From a virus: 64,000 nt of DNA. A program made the position numbers and the translations under genes. The stretch covers positions 135,478 to 199,477 of IMG/VR virus record IMGVR_UViG_3300045988_180675, one strand, 5' to 3'. The notes under the pieces were generated by a model. That model worked only from the letters and a program-made list of their open reading frames with translations, had not been told where the DNA came from and searched no databases. Positions 8,436 through 18,900 of this stretch are shown here, piece by piece; the stretch's first letter is position 1; the number at the start of each line of letters is the position of its first letter.

Positions 8436-11324
8436 TTATTTTTTCTTCTTCTTAAAGAAGGCGAATAATCCCGCTGATAATGTTCCTACTGTTGCCATAA
8501 TAGAGACGATAGGATTTGCCTCAATACCAGTTGAAATAATTTCCTTAACCTTTTCTACAGGCTTTTCAACTGGAGAATCAACTGGAGAAGTAGCCTTCTT
8601 ATAGAAGTGAACAATATCACCATTTTCTAACTTCTCTGTTCGAACGTATTCGTATGAAGAAATTTCACCTGGCTTTTCAATTGCTCCATCAGATTCCTTT
8701 AGTAAAGTATTAGAGCCTTCTTCAACCCAAGTTGTATGTAATTTATGGTAAACATGAGTTGTTGTATCGTGGTCCTTATCAACACTTGTTGTAATATACG
8801 TATAGCCGCCGATATCTTGTTTTTCAGCAAATTTGTTACCCTTGACCATATCTAAGATATCATTGTTATCTTCATCAACGAATCTCGTTAATAGTTGCTT
8901 AAAGATGTATGTTACATTTCCATCTTCATCAACTTTCTTTTCTTTGAATACGTATCCGTCGATATCGCCCTGTTCCATGATCTTACCACCTGTGAATGGA
9001 TCTTTAATATCCTTGCCTTCTGGATCAACCCACTTTGTCTTCAATTGTTTAAACACGTGTGTTTCATTTCCATTTTCATCACGGTCTGTATGATCAAATA
9101 CATAGTTTTCGATTTCACCATGTTCTTCTGGAGTAGAGTTCTTTGATAATGGCTTTAACTCCTTACCATCCTTATCAACCCACTTTGTAGTGAATTGCTT
9201 GAAGAAATGAGTAACATTACCATCTTCATCTACACTCGTTGAAACAAATGAATATTTCTCGATAGAACCTGCTTCAAAAGTTTTTTCATCTGTTACAGGA
9301 TCCTTTAGTTCCTTTCCAGTTTCCTTATCGATCCATTTTGTTGTGTATTGGGCAACCAGCGTTCTATGATAATGAACCTCTAATGGTTTCACTTCTTCCG
9401 CTGGATTTGTTGGAACAGAAGGTTCTGTTACGCTTGGTCTAACTGGTTCTACTGGATCGACCCATGTATTTAACTCAGGAGCCTTTGGCTCTTCTGGCTT
9501 AACAGGCTTTTCTAAACGTTCAGGAATTTCATTGTAAGATGGCTCATCTGGTGTTGGAGTAGGTGTTGGTTCTTCTGGAATTTCTCCATCTGGTGATACA
9601 GGTGGATGTCCTGGCTTTGACTTAAACTCAATTGTAGAAGAGTTGAAGTTTAATGCACCACCATCTCCATTCCATGTATCGACGATTGTATCACCAGCAA
9701 ATACACCAATCACTGTTCCCAGTGGAGTAGAATTAGTATTTCCATAAGTATTTGGTTGACCTTCTAAGCGTGGCATATTTAGATCCGCCATGTGAACATC
9801 ACCTGCGTATGTCGCAGCATTGTCAGATGTATTTGTAATACTTGGATAGCCATGTGTTCCTTCTTGCATGCCAGCAGTCTTATCTGATGGAGCCATTGGA
9901 ACAATCATACGTAGCTTATCTGGTGTGCCATTTGTTGTTGCTTCTAGTGTTTGTCCTTCACCAGCTTCTGTATCGTCCATATAGAAATAGCGTACTAACT
10001 TAATTGGTTCGCCTGTTGCTTCATCGAAGAAGTGATATGTTGTACGAATACCATCACCGAATCCGCCCATAATACCATTTCGATAAGTGAATGTTGCACT
10101 TTCCTTTTCGCTAGACCACTTAGATGCTTCAACACGAGCAGAGATAGTCTTTCCACTTTCTGTTGTACCGATGTTATGAAGTACAAATGACATAAACTTG
10201 CCTGTCTCTGTCTTATCTGCTGGCTTGAACTCGTAGTTTTTTCCATATTGGTCATCGAATACTCTAACACGAGGATCCTTTTCAGTGACTTCCATCGTTG
10301 TCTCTGGGTTGATACCAATATTGCCCTTTGAATATTCATATCCATTCTGATAGATCAACTCTTCATCATACATCGCAAATACATTCTTGAAGTAAGCATC
10401 TTTATCAGCACCACCGTAAACGGTAAAGTCGAGTCCTCCATCCCATAGAGCCTTGTACTTAGGATTTACAGTAGTCATATATTGCCACCATTCCTTGTAC
10501 TTTGTATTTTCTCCCATTGCATGATACTTAACGGAATCATCGTATCTACCAACAATAGAGATACCTCTTTCTGCATAGAGATCAGCTAATACAGGGTTGC
10601 TATTTAACCATTCTTCAAAATCATTCTTTTGCTTTTCATACTTAGCAACTTCAGCATTGTGTTCATCGTTAATGCGATCAACCTCAGCTTGCCACTCGGC
10701 ATGCTTGTCGGCATTTTGCTTATTGATTGCTTCGACTTGAGCCTGCCAAGCCTTCTTAGCAGCTTCATTTAGAGCTGTCTTATCAGCAATCTCCTTTTCA
10801 CGAGCGTTATATGCTTCTACATCAGCGTTGTACTGATTCATATCCTTATTGTACTGTTCAACTGCTGATTGATATTGAGCCTTCTTCGCTTCATTTTCTT
10901 TCTTTAATTCTTCAATATGAGCCAACTGCTGATCATATTGAGCTTTTTGTTCATTGTATACTCGCATAAGCTCATCGAATGTAATCTTATCCTGCTTATA
11001 TTGTTCTACGGCAGTTTCATATTCCTTTGTTAGCTTTTCGAATTGAGCAATCTTCTCTTTTATTTCTTCATCGGAAGCTTTTAAAGACTTCAATTGCTCT
11101 GTATATGCAGCTTGAGCTTCCTTTGCAGAAGAATACATCACTGGTTCATCTTCCACTACATTCAGCTTTGGATTTTCCTTCTTTAATCTTTCGATGTATT
11201 CCAAAAAGTCTTTTTCAGTTACATCCTTTGTTTGGATCTGTGCAAAAGCTGGTGTAATACTACCAACAGTTGTGCCTGCTAAAAGTAAGGCAACAGCACT
11301 TGTCTTAATCATTTTCTTTAACAT
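8436..11324 (-). CDS. surface adhesin with antigen I/II / PrgB-like layout
   Basis: The order is signal peptide, Ala/Gln/Glu-rich coiled coil (AQYQSAVEQYNKDMNQYNADVEAYN...), a central globular region, a Pro-rich stretch (EEPTPTPTPDEPS...KPEEPKAPE), five roughly 60-aa repeats (T[KR][WF]VD..G..[IL] ... TH.[FY]K, MucBP-like), then a C-terminal TM plus KKKKK. Domain identities are by recall only. Confidence 0.55.
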   Translation of the reverse strand: MLKKMIKTSAVALLLAGTTVGSITPAFAQIQTKDVTEKDFLEYIERLKKENPKLNVVEDEPVMYSSAKEAQAAYTEQLKSLKASDEEIKEKIAQFEKLTKEYETAVEQYKQDKITFDELMRVYNEQKAQYDQQLAHIEELKKENEAKKAQYQSAVEQYNKDMNQYNADVEAYNAREKEIADKTALNEAAKKAWQAQVEAINKQNADKHAEWQAEVDRINDEHNAEVAKYEKQKNDFEEWLNSNPVLADLYAERGISIVGRYDDSVKYHAMGENTKYKEWWQYMTTVNPKYKALWDGGLDFTVYGGADKDAYFKNVFAMYDEELIYQNGYEYSKGNIGINPETTMEVTEKDPRVRVFDDQYGKNYEFKPADKTETGKFMSFVLHNIGTTESGKTISARVEASKWSSEKESATFTYRNGIMGGFGDGIRTTYHFFDEATGEPIKLVRYFYMDDTEAGEGQTLEATTNGTPDKLRMIVPMAPSDKTAGMQEGTHGYPSITNTSDNAATYAGDVHMADLNMPRLEGQPNTYGNTNSTPLGTVIGVFAGDTIVDTWNGDGGALNFNSSTIEFKSKPGHPPVSPDGEIPEEPTPTPTPDEPSYNEIPERLEKPVKPEEPKAPELNTWVDPVEPVRPSVTEPSVPTNPAEEVKPLEVHYHRTLVAQYTTKWIDKETGKELKDPVTDEKTFEAGSIEKYSFVSTSVDEDGNVTHFFKQFTTKWVDKDGKELKPLSKNSTPEEHGEIENYVFDHTDRDENGNETHVFKQLKTKWVDPEGKDIKDPFTGGKIMEQGDIDGYVFKEKKVDEDGNVTYIFKQLLTRFVDEDNNDILDMVKGNKFAEKQDIGGYTYITTSVDKDHDTTTHVYHKLHTTWVEEGSNTLLKESDGAIEKPGEISSYEYVRTEKLENGDIVHFYKKATSPVDSPVEKPVEKVKEIISTGIEANPIVSIMATVGTLSAGLFAFFKKKKK
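8590..9385 (-). repeat. five tandem coding repeats of about 60 aa in the adhesin gene
   Basis: Repeated peptide pattern ..TTKWVDKDGKELK...NGN.THVFKQ.. read in the ORF translation. Confidence 0.6.
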
Positions 11325-11370
11325 TGTTTTTTTCTCCTTTTTCTCTTCCGTTGTTTTTACAACTACGAGA

Positions 11371-11383
11371 TATATTATGCTAT
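11371..11383 (-). promoter_or_regulatory. Box-1, exact copy
   Basis: Exact 13-mer, 46 nt upstream of the ATG at 11324 and downstream of terminator 11433..11457. Confidence 0.6.
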
Positions 11384-11432
11384 ATGCTTGTGAAAAACAA
11401 GCGATTTGCGTAATAAAATTTCAACAAAAGAA

Positions 11433-11457
11433 ATAAAAAAGGAGACGGTTTGTCTCC
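11433..11457 (-). terminator. Rho-independent terminator after the VirB4 operon
   Basis: Stem ggagac/gtctcc (11441..11446 / 11452..11457) plus a minus-strand T-run. Confidence 0.75.
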
Positions 11458-11475
11458 AATTTTATACATTATATT

Positions 11476-13887
11476 TTAATCCGTCTTTTTGTCAGTGTTC
11501 GTTATTCTATACAAGTTTGTATTCTTCGGAATCTTATTTGAAAAAGGAATAATAATATCTCCCGCTTTAAATAGTCCTGTTCCAGATGGGGCATTTGTAA
11601 TTACTTCTAATTGTGAATCAGAAAGATTCAATAATTCCTGAAGATTACTTCTATCCATTTGAGAAGAGTTCATCATAGTAACGAAAGAAGTATTGTTGAT
11701 AATGTTTCTTGTCGCTTCAGAACGCAATAGATCTTCTGTATTTTGCATGATTCCAGTTGGGATTCCGTTCCATTTTCTTGCACGTTTCCAGATCTGAACC
11801 AAGAACTCTACAGCTGCATCGGACTTCAACAGAACGTGGAATTCATCAATATAAACCCATGTAAATAGTCCTTTATCATGATTTTCCATCATTTTGTTCC
11901 AAATATCGTTTAGACAGATAAATAGACCAATTTCTTTTAAGGTCGTTCCTAGATTACGGATATTGTATACCAAGAAGCGAGAATCAGATTCAACATTTGA
12001 TCTATGTGCAAACATATCGTATCCACCGACTGCATAGTTCTCAATTACAGTAGCTAAAGTATTGGCTTCTGGATCAGGCTGTCGTTTAAGCTCTCCATAC
12101 AAGTTCGCCAGTGTTGGAGCAGATTGTTTATCACATGTGATACGTGGATCGATCTCTCTTAATTTTTTAACATGTTGAATATATGGATTGTAAATATTTT
12201 TAATACATCTAGTCAAAACTGATTTTCCAGTTGGATTCAATGCTGCATTTTTACCAAGCATGATCTCAACTAGTGATGTGATGTAGTCTGTCTTTGATGC
12301 TACAGGATCGGTTTCATCATCTGTAATATTGATATCCATTGGATTCAAATAAGATTGTGAACCTGGAGCAATCGAAATCGTTTCTCCCCCTTTAATTTGG
12401 GCTGCAATTCTGGAATATTCTCCATCTGGGTCAATAATATATACAATATTTCTTTCATCTGATAGATAAGCCGCCAACATCTCCTGCTTAACCTGCATGG
12501 ATTTACCAGAACCAGACTCACCAAATGTTAGTCCGTTAAAGTTTCTTCCTGTTTTTCTATCATATACTAATAGATTATTAGAAGATTTATTGACGCCATA
12601 CATGATTCCGCTCTTTTGATAGATTTCAACATTTGAATATGGTAAAAATGCTGCCGCAGATTCTGTTGTATGTAAACGTCTTACACTTAATTGGTTAATA
12701 CATAATGGAAGTGCGACGTTCATTCCTGCTTCCTGTTGAAAAGATAAAACTCGGATAGGACATAATTTACCATTTGCACAGTTTTGAAGATCTTGTGTGT
12801 ACTTATCTAATTCTTCCTTTGTATTTCCAAACACATTCACTACAAATGTCATGTAAAACAAGTGTTGATCACGATCTGAAATGTCATCCTGCAATTCTTT
12901 AATTGCATCATTCGCTTTTTGTAGTGAAGGAGGAAGTAAATCGAAACTATATCCATTTTTAAGAGCACTCTTTTGATTTTCTGCAATCTGTCCCTGAATT
13001 GCCATAAATTGATTTTTAACCATCTTAGAACCCTTTGCAATGTCGATAGGGTTATATTGCATAGAGATATTCAGACTAAACTGTAAGTCAGCGATACTAG
13101 CTAAAAATTCAACAGAAAGGGATGTTGGCAATCGTTCCAAGAATAAGGCTCTTCCGAATTTATTTCCCATCATGTAATAATCAGAAAAGAACTGAAAGCC
13201 AGATGGACCGATAATATCTTTTGATGTTAATCCACCCATACCGATCTTCTTATAATTAAAGAAAGGTTTTTTGTTTGTATCAAAATCATTGTAAAAGACA
13301 CTTGTCCCATCTTGATTGTAAAAATCAAATAATGTATGTAATCGTTCTTCAATTGTTAATCTTGTAAGTTCAGATGATTTCCCAAAGTTCTTTATAACCG
13401 TATCTAAAGCTCTTTCTGTACTATCTAAATGCTGAAAAGCATTTTGAATATTTGGATTTTTACAAGCAATAATAAGATATTTTTCCTGCTGTAACATCTT
13501 AGCCCCATGCTTAATGCGATATAACGTCAATTGGTTAAATTCATTTCTAATCGCATCTTCAATACTTCCATCACCCTTGATCTTCATCTTTGTATCAGAC
13601 AATTTGATATCCTTAGCTGAAGTATTTTGAATAATAAATTGGAACTTGATTTCAGGTGAAAATGTGTTTAAAACATCTTTAAATACACTGAAAATCTCCA
13701 ATTGTCTCTCTTCAGACTCTTTGGAGAAATTTAACTCATTTAACTTAAAGGCTCTTGTATAATATCCTTCCTTATTTTCAATTGTTCCATCATTAAAGAT
13801 TCTTTTATATGGAATCGTTTCCTGAACTGTTTTTGGCAGTTCTTTAATTCCGTTTACTGTACCCTTCTTTTTACTGAATAGTCCCAT
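11476..13887 (-). CDS. VirB4-like conjugative transfer ATPase (TcpF/PrgJ/Tn916 Orf16 type)
   Basis: 803 aa. Walker A GESGSGKS and Walker B-like VYIDEFHVLL. The N-terminus (...TVQETIPYKRIFNDGTIE...) is typical of Firmicutes VirB4 homologues. Confidence 0.9.
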   Translation of the reverse strand: MGLFSKKKGTVNGIKELPKTVQETIPYKRIFNDGTIENKEGYYTRAFKLNELNFSKESEERQLEIFSVFKDVLNTFSPEIKFQFIIQNTSAKDIKLSDTKMKIKGDGSIEDAIRNEFNQLTLYRIKHGAKMLQQEKYLIIACKNPNIQNAFQHLDSTERALDTVIKNFGKSSELTRLTIEERLHTLFDFYNQDGTSVFYNDFDTNKKPFFNYKKIGMGGLTSKDIIGPSGFQFFSDYYMMGNKFGRALFLERLPTSLSVEFLASIADLQFSLNISMQYNPIDIAKGSKMVKNQFMAIQGQIAENQKSALKNGYSFDLLPPSLQKANDAIKELQDDISDRDQHLFYMTFVVNVFGNTKEELDKYTQDLQNCANGKLCPIRVLSFQQEAGMNVALPLCINQLSVRRLHTTESAAAFLPYSNVEIYQKSGIMYGVNKSSNNLLVYDRKTGRNFNGLTFGESGSGKSMQVKQEMLAAYLSDERNIVYIIDPDGEYSRIAAQIKGGETISIAPGSQSYLNPMDINITDDETDPVASKTDYITSLVEIMLGKNAALNPTGKSVLTRCIKNIYNPYIQHVKKLREIDPRITCDKQSAPTLANLYGELKRQPDPEANTLATVIENYAVGGYDMFAHRSNVESDSRFLVYNIRNLGTTLKEIGLFICLNDIWNKMMENHDKGLFTWVYIDEFHVLLKSDAAVEFLVQIWKRARKWNGIPTGIMQNTEDLLRSEATRNIINNTSFVTMMNSSQMDRSNLQELLNLSDSQLEVITNAPSGTGLFKAGDIIIPFSNKIPKNTNLYRITNTDKKTD

Positions 13888-13905
13888 TATTTTCCCTCTT
13901 CCTTC

Positions 13906-14331
13906 TTATAATTTTGCATCATATTTTTTAAGTAATAACTTTGTTCTGATTTTTTCTTTTTCGCTTTCTTTTATATTTGCCTGCGGTTGTTCTGGTTTGT
14001 AGCCAGAGATATATTTGTTGATTGTTTTATATGGTCTTGTTTTACTTGCAAAAACAGACGGTAATACACATTTCATAATGTATGTTTCTAGTGGCATTCC
14101 GAGCATTTTCACCCATCCACATGCAAGAATAGGCGTTACCAAAGATCCAGCAATCATGATCTGCATCGCAAGTTCCATTTTAAAGATTCCTAATAGCTTA
14201 AATAGACCATATCCAATTACAGAAGAAATAACAAATAAGACTGTCTGGCGTTTTGTAAGTGGTCCAATGAAGCGTGCTTCAAAATCTTGAATATCTCTTG
14301 GAATAGCCACCTTAATTGATGTAGCAGCCAT
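13906..14331 (-). CDS. PrgI/TcpE-family small membrane protein of Gram-positive T4SS
   Basis: 141 aa with the motif ...FEARFIGPLTKRQ... followed by two hydrophobic helices. It lies immediately upstream of virB4, as in Tn916/pCW3-type loci. Confidence 0.65.
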   Translation of the reverse strand: MAATSIKVAIPRDIQDFEARFIGPLTKRQTVLFVISSVIGYGLFKLLGIFKMELAMQIMIAGSLVTPILACGWVKMLGMPLETYIMKCVLPSVFASKTRPYKTINKYISGYKPEQPQANIKESEKEKIRTKLLLKKYDAKL

Positions 14332-14334
14332 AGA

Positions 14335-15360
14335 TTATACCCCTACAAGCTCATCTGCAATTCCACTTGATTGCATCATCATAAGAGCTGTAACAACAGG
14401 TGAACCTAGCATTAGGATCATATCCATATTTAAGCCTTCAATGATAACCGAAGAAGTGATGACCTTATTATAGAAATATAACATTGAAAATGTGCCGATT
14501 GCAGCAATACCAAAGTAAATCGCAATTCGTAACATGCAAGCTAAGAACTTCTTAACAAATCGTATTGCAGATCCTCTAAAGCCATCCGAAATAACGGACG
14601 AAAGTGCGATCGGAGCAAACATTTGTCTTAGTTTGATTTCCATGATTGCCGTATATGTTAAAAATAAACATACAAAGATTGGTGCCCATGCGACAATCGT
14701 TAATAAATCAAATGATTCACCGAGCGATTGTAGATTGTAATAATTGATCTGTGTATTTGCAGGATCTAAAGCGTCACCAAGACCATTGAGCATTGGGATC
14801 GTTTCCAACCCCTTAATAACTTTATTGTATGCCTGTGGATTTCCGCCACTTGTGATATCGATCGTTGCATTCTTGATCGTATTTACACTTTCAATTACAG
14901 CATTTACTCTCTGGATAATTAAATCCCCTAATTTGTATAAGAGGTCCAGCATATCACCGATCATAAAGATTGCAATGAGTGTAAAGCCGATCGTAAACAA
15001 TGTTCTTTGCCAAAATTCTTGTGATAGATCACCCTTCTTTGCTTCTTCATAAATCAAGATAAAACCATGTAAGGTGGCAATCAACAACCCGAATCCGATC
15101 ATGATACTTTTCATTGTATTAGGGAAAGTATATTGACCAGTTGTTAAAAACCCATTAAAAGAGCTATACGCCTCTTTCATCTGTTCAAACATTGTTTGAC
15201 TATATCCTTCCATGAAGGCAACAACTTTTGCTGCAAGTGTAGCACTATCTACTACTGAAGCCCACACTGGAGCTGAAACTAATAAACATAAACATATAGC
15301 TCCTGCCAGAACCTTTAATGATATATGTGGCAGTCTCAACTTCTTTAATTTGAATACCAT
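14335..15360 (-). CDS. polytopic membrane protein, VirB6/TcpH-like by position
   Basis: 341 aa with several hydrophobic segments, located between the small membrane protein and the PrgI-like gene. No sequence motif recognised. Confidence 0.5.
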   Translation of the reverse strand: MVFKLKKLRLPHISLKVLAGAICLCLLVSAPVWASVVDSATLAAKVVAFMEGYSQTMFEQMKEAYSSFNGFLTTGQYTFPNTMKSIMIGFGLLIATLHGFILIYEEAKKGDLSQEFWQRTLFTIGFTLIAIFMIGDMLDLLYKLGDLIIQRVNAVIESVNTIKNATIDITSGGNPQAYNKVIKGLETIPMLNGLGDALDPANTQINYYNLQSLGESFDLLTIVAWAPIFVCLFLTYTAIMEIKLRQMFAPIALSSVISDGFRGSAIRFVKKFLACMLRIAIYFGIAAIGTFSMLYFYNKVITSSVIIEGLNMDMILMLGSPVVTALMMMQSSGIADELVGV

Positions 15361-15424
15361 AAAACTTCCTTTCTTAGAAAATTAGAGGACAAGATCATTC
15401 TTGCCCCCTTCTTTGTTTCATCAA

Positions 15425-15850
15425 TTACTTAACAAGGTCGATAAACTTGACGATCTGGTTTTCTAAATGCAAGTTAAAGATGATGGCTGGAATAAAGATT
15501 CCTGCGATAGACCATGCAATCTTATTTGTAGCCTTAGACTTAGCTGGACCGTCATCAGCACCAGCCGAGGAAAGTTCTCCAATCGCAACTACCAAGTTAA
15601 ATACAGCGATGACTGCAAAGACTACACAGATGATTGTGATAATTGTCTTAGCAATACCCTTTGCAATTTCTTTTTCTCCTTCTGCAAAACCAAATGGAGC
15701 TAATGCAATTGGTGCTGCCAGTGTTGCTGCTGCCAGTGTAAATGATACAGCCTTATGCTTTTCTAACCACTTCTCTGTCTTGTTTAGTGCTGAAGCCATG
15801 TTGTTTCTAGCCAGCATCATAGATTGTCCTACAATTTCTTTCGTACTCAT
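15425..15850 (-). CDS. small membrane protein, first gene of the T4SS core operon
   Basis: 141 aa with three hydrophobic segments. SD AAAGGAAG. Box-1 lies at 15897..15909. The function (VirB2/Maff2-like?) is not supported by any motif. Confidence 0.6.
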   Translation of the reverse strand: MSTKEIVGQSMMLARNNMASALNKTEKWLEKHKAVSFTLAAATLAAPIALAPFGFAEGEKEIAKGIAKTIITIICVVFAVIAVFNLVVAIGELSSAGADDGPAKSKATNKIAWSIAGIFIPAIIFNLHLENQIVKFIDLVK

Positions 15851-15896
15851 TTTTTCTTCCTTTCTTCACTTTTTGTGAAACCAAAATGGTTACACT

Positions 15897-15909
15897 TATA
15901 TTATGCTAT
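15897..15909 (-). promoter_or_regulatory. Box-1, exact copy
   Basis: Exact 13-mer, 46 nt upstream of the ATG at 15850 and downstream of terminator 15927..15953. Confidence 0.6.
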
Positions 15910-15926
15910 ATTTCTTTGAAAATAAA

Positions 15927-15953
15927 TAAAAAAAAGAGAGGAATTTTCCTCTC
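15927..15953 (-). terminator. Rho-independent terminator after 15965..19471
   Basis: Stem gagagga/tcctctc (15936..15942 / 15947..15953) plus a long minus-strand T-run. Confidence 0.75.
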
Positions 15954-15964
15954 AATTTTTAGAA

Positions 15965-18900
15965 TTACTTAGATTCCTTCTTTTTCTTCTTGCCAATTAC
16001 GATACCGAAACCAGCTAGAGCTGTTGCTACTAATGCTCCGATACCAACCTTAGCAACTGTATCATCTGAAGATTCTTCGCTCTTCTTCTCTTCTGTAGCG
16101 ACATCCTTCTTGTTGTCGTTCTTCTGAGTTTCTGTCTTTTTATCATCAGACTTCTTTGCATCCTGCTTATCGTTCTTGCTATCCTTTGATGCTTCCTTTT
16201 GCTTATCGGATGCCTTCTTTTCATTCTTTTCAACCATTGCGTCTGTACCAACGGACTTGTTTGTTGCACTTTCGATTTGACGTGCTGCCTGATTAGCTAA
16301 CTCAGCTTGACGAGCTGCTTCTGCTTTTTGAGCCGCTTCTGTAGCGACACGAACGTTGTATGCTGCAAGTTCACGGATGTAGTTTGCTTCAGCCTTAGCT
16401 GCACGTGTTGTAGCTTCTTCAAGAGCTTCGTTTGCTTCCACTAAAGCTTGCTTTGCAGTTGCTAATGCCGCACGAGCCTTTTGTACTGCTTCGATATAAG
16501 GATTCACTGTAGAAGCGAATTCTGGATCACTTACTAAGGTATTGAATGTTTCATCGAATGTAAATGCGTTTGTACGGTCTGCCTTAGCACGAGCTTCTGT
16601 TGCCTTAGTTGTTAATTCTACTAGAGCATCCATAGCCTTTGTATGTGCTGCCTTAGCATCTTCGTAAGCCTGAGCCTTCTTAGCTGCTTCTGCCTTGGAA
16701 TCTTCTAATTCCTTAACCTTAGCATCGTATGCTGCTACCTTATCAGTAAGAGCCTTCAATGCAAGTTCAGCATTTGTAAGATCAGTTGTCTTAGCCTCTA
16801 GTGTAGATTGAGCTGTTGCTAACTCGTTTGTCTTTGTATCAACATTTGCCTGAGCTGTGTTACGAGCTGCTACTGCATCGTTATAAGCATTTGTGGCATC
16901 ATTCAATGCGTTCTGCTTCTCTTCAACGACTTTTTCACTAGCCTTCTGAACTTCCTTCGCATCGGCTACAGCCTTGCGTAGAGCCTTCATTTCTTCAACG
17001 CCTACCATAGAGTCAACTACTGCTGTCTTTGCAGATAAGTCGTCATCAGCAGTCTTTGCATCTGCTTCTGCATTCTTACGTTCTGCAACCTTTGCATCAT
17101 ATACGCCCTTTGCTGCATCGTATGTGGATTGAGCTGTTACTGTTTTAGCCTTTGCTGCATCATGTGCCAACTTCGCACTGTCACGAGTTGCTTTTGCTGC
17201 CTCTAATTCACTCTTAGCATTTTCTAATGCTGTTGTAGCATCTGTTAATACCTTCTGAGCATTTGTAAGTGCTGTATTTGCTTCAGCCAACTTCTGTACT
17301 GCTGCATCGTATGCTTTTTCTTCAGGTAATACTTCACGTTCACCTAGAGCTGGTTCACCCTTATATGCATCACGAACTGTTACTGCATCGTTATACTTCT
17401 TATTTGCTTCGTCTAACTTAGCGTTTAACTTCGTTGTATCTACAGTATCCATATATTCATCGAATAGACTTGTGAACTCTGCAATTGTATAAATCTTTTC
17501 AGCCTCTGGACCATTTCCTTCGGTGCTTGTTGAGAATGTCTGGCTGAATGTAATACCATAAGAATCTAACTGATCTTCAGTATATTTCTTTTCTCCGCCA
17601 ACCTCAACAAACTTTTGTAGCTGTTGGTCATAAACCATCTTGCCACGCTTGTTGGCTACTGTACTACGTCCGATACCTGTCATGATGTAATTTCTATTTA
17701 CTGCGTTTGTGTAATGACCTGTTTGGATATTGAAGAACTTCTTCTCATTCTTTGCATAATTTGTCCAAGCATTCTCGAACGCTGTCTTTTCTGGACCTCT
17801 CTTAGTGATGTTTACACCAGGATGTTCTGCCAAATACTTAGCTGTAAATTCTTGTAATGCTTCCCAAACAACCTTTTCCTCTTCGTACCAACCCTTGTTA
17901 GGATCTGCATAGCCCCATGCTAAGTTTTCACCCATATTGAAGTGTCTTGTGTGTCCATTTGCTGGGTTTGCTGAGTTGTCTGCATTAGAGATTGCTGTAG
18001 CCATCATGTAGAATGTTGTGCCTAATGGATCTAATCCTGTAAAGTGTTCATCATGTACACGCTGTTCATTGTACTTAATTAAAACCTTTAATGCTTCCTT
18101 AACGTTGCGTAAGCTTGTAGCATCATTTTCATCGCCCACAATCATTCCTGCTGGGTACTGATGTAGAGCCTTTACGGCACGCTCAATGTCTTTTAATGTA
18201 TTTTCATCGCCAGCAAATTTTGTCTTTGCCCAACCTAAGAATCCTTCAAAGCCCTTCTTCACTTGTTCGCTTGCATTAGCGATTTTCTGAGAGATGGCAT
18301 TCTTTTCTGTATCTGCATCTGTAACGTCCTTATTTAACTTCTCACGCTTAGCTGCTTCTGTTGCGGCACGGTTTGTTTCATAATCCTGACGTTCCTTAGC
18401 CTGTTTTTCAAGAGCCTTGTTCTTTTCTGTTTCCTTAGTGTTGACATCACTCTTAGCGTTTTCGACATTGTTCTTTGCTGTATCTACAGAAGTTGAAGCA
18501 CTATTCTTTTGAGCTTCCTTTTCGGATGCAACAGATTCTTTAGTAGAAACATTTGCGTTTTCTGCATCTAATGCATTCTTCTTTTCTGCTTCTACACTCT
18601 TCTTATCATTTAAGATGGATTCCTTTGCGTCAGCATCCTTCTTTGCTTCTGCTTCAGCAGTCTTCTTCTCTTCAACCTTTTCATGAGCCTTTGCAGATTC
18701 TTTTTCTGCATTTAGCATAGCCTTGTATTCATCAGTTTCAAGGACATCCTTGCCACCATTCTTCTCTAATGCCTTACGAAGATCATTTTCCTTTTCTGCT
18801 GTTACTCCCTTATCGCTATTTAACTTAGCGTTGGCATTTTCTAAATCTGTATTAGCGGAATTCTTAGCGTTTTCCTTAGTAGTAACATCGTTAGTCTTCT

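Noticed and set aside
15361-15424. Hairpin GGGCAAGA-atga-TCTTGTCC followed by a short T tract between the 141-aa and VirB6-like genes, as an operon-internal terminator.
   Set aside because: It is plausible as a partial terminator. However, it contains a G-T pair and only a short interrupted T-run, and the downstream genes have no separate promoter. It is not listed as a feature.
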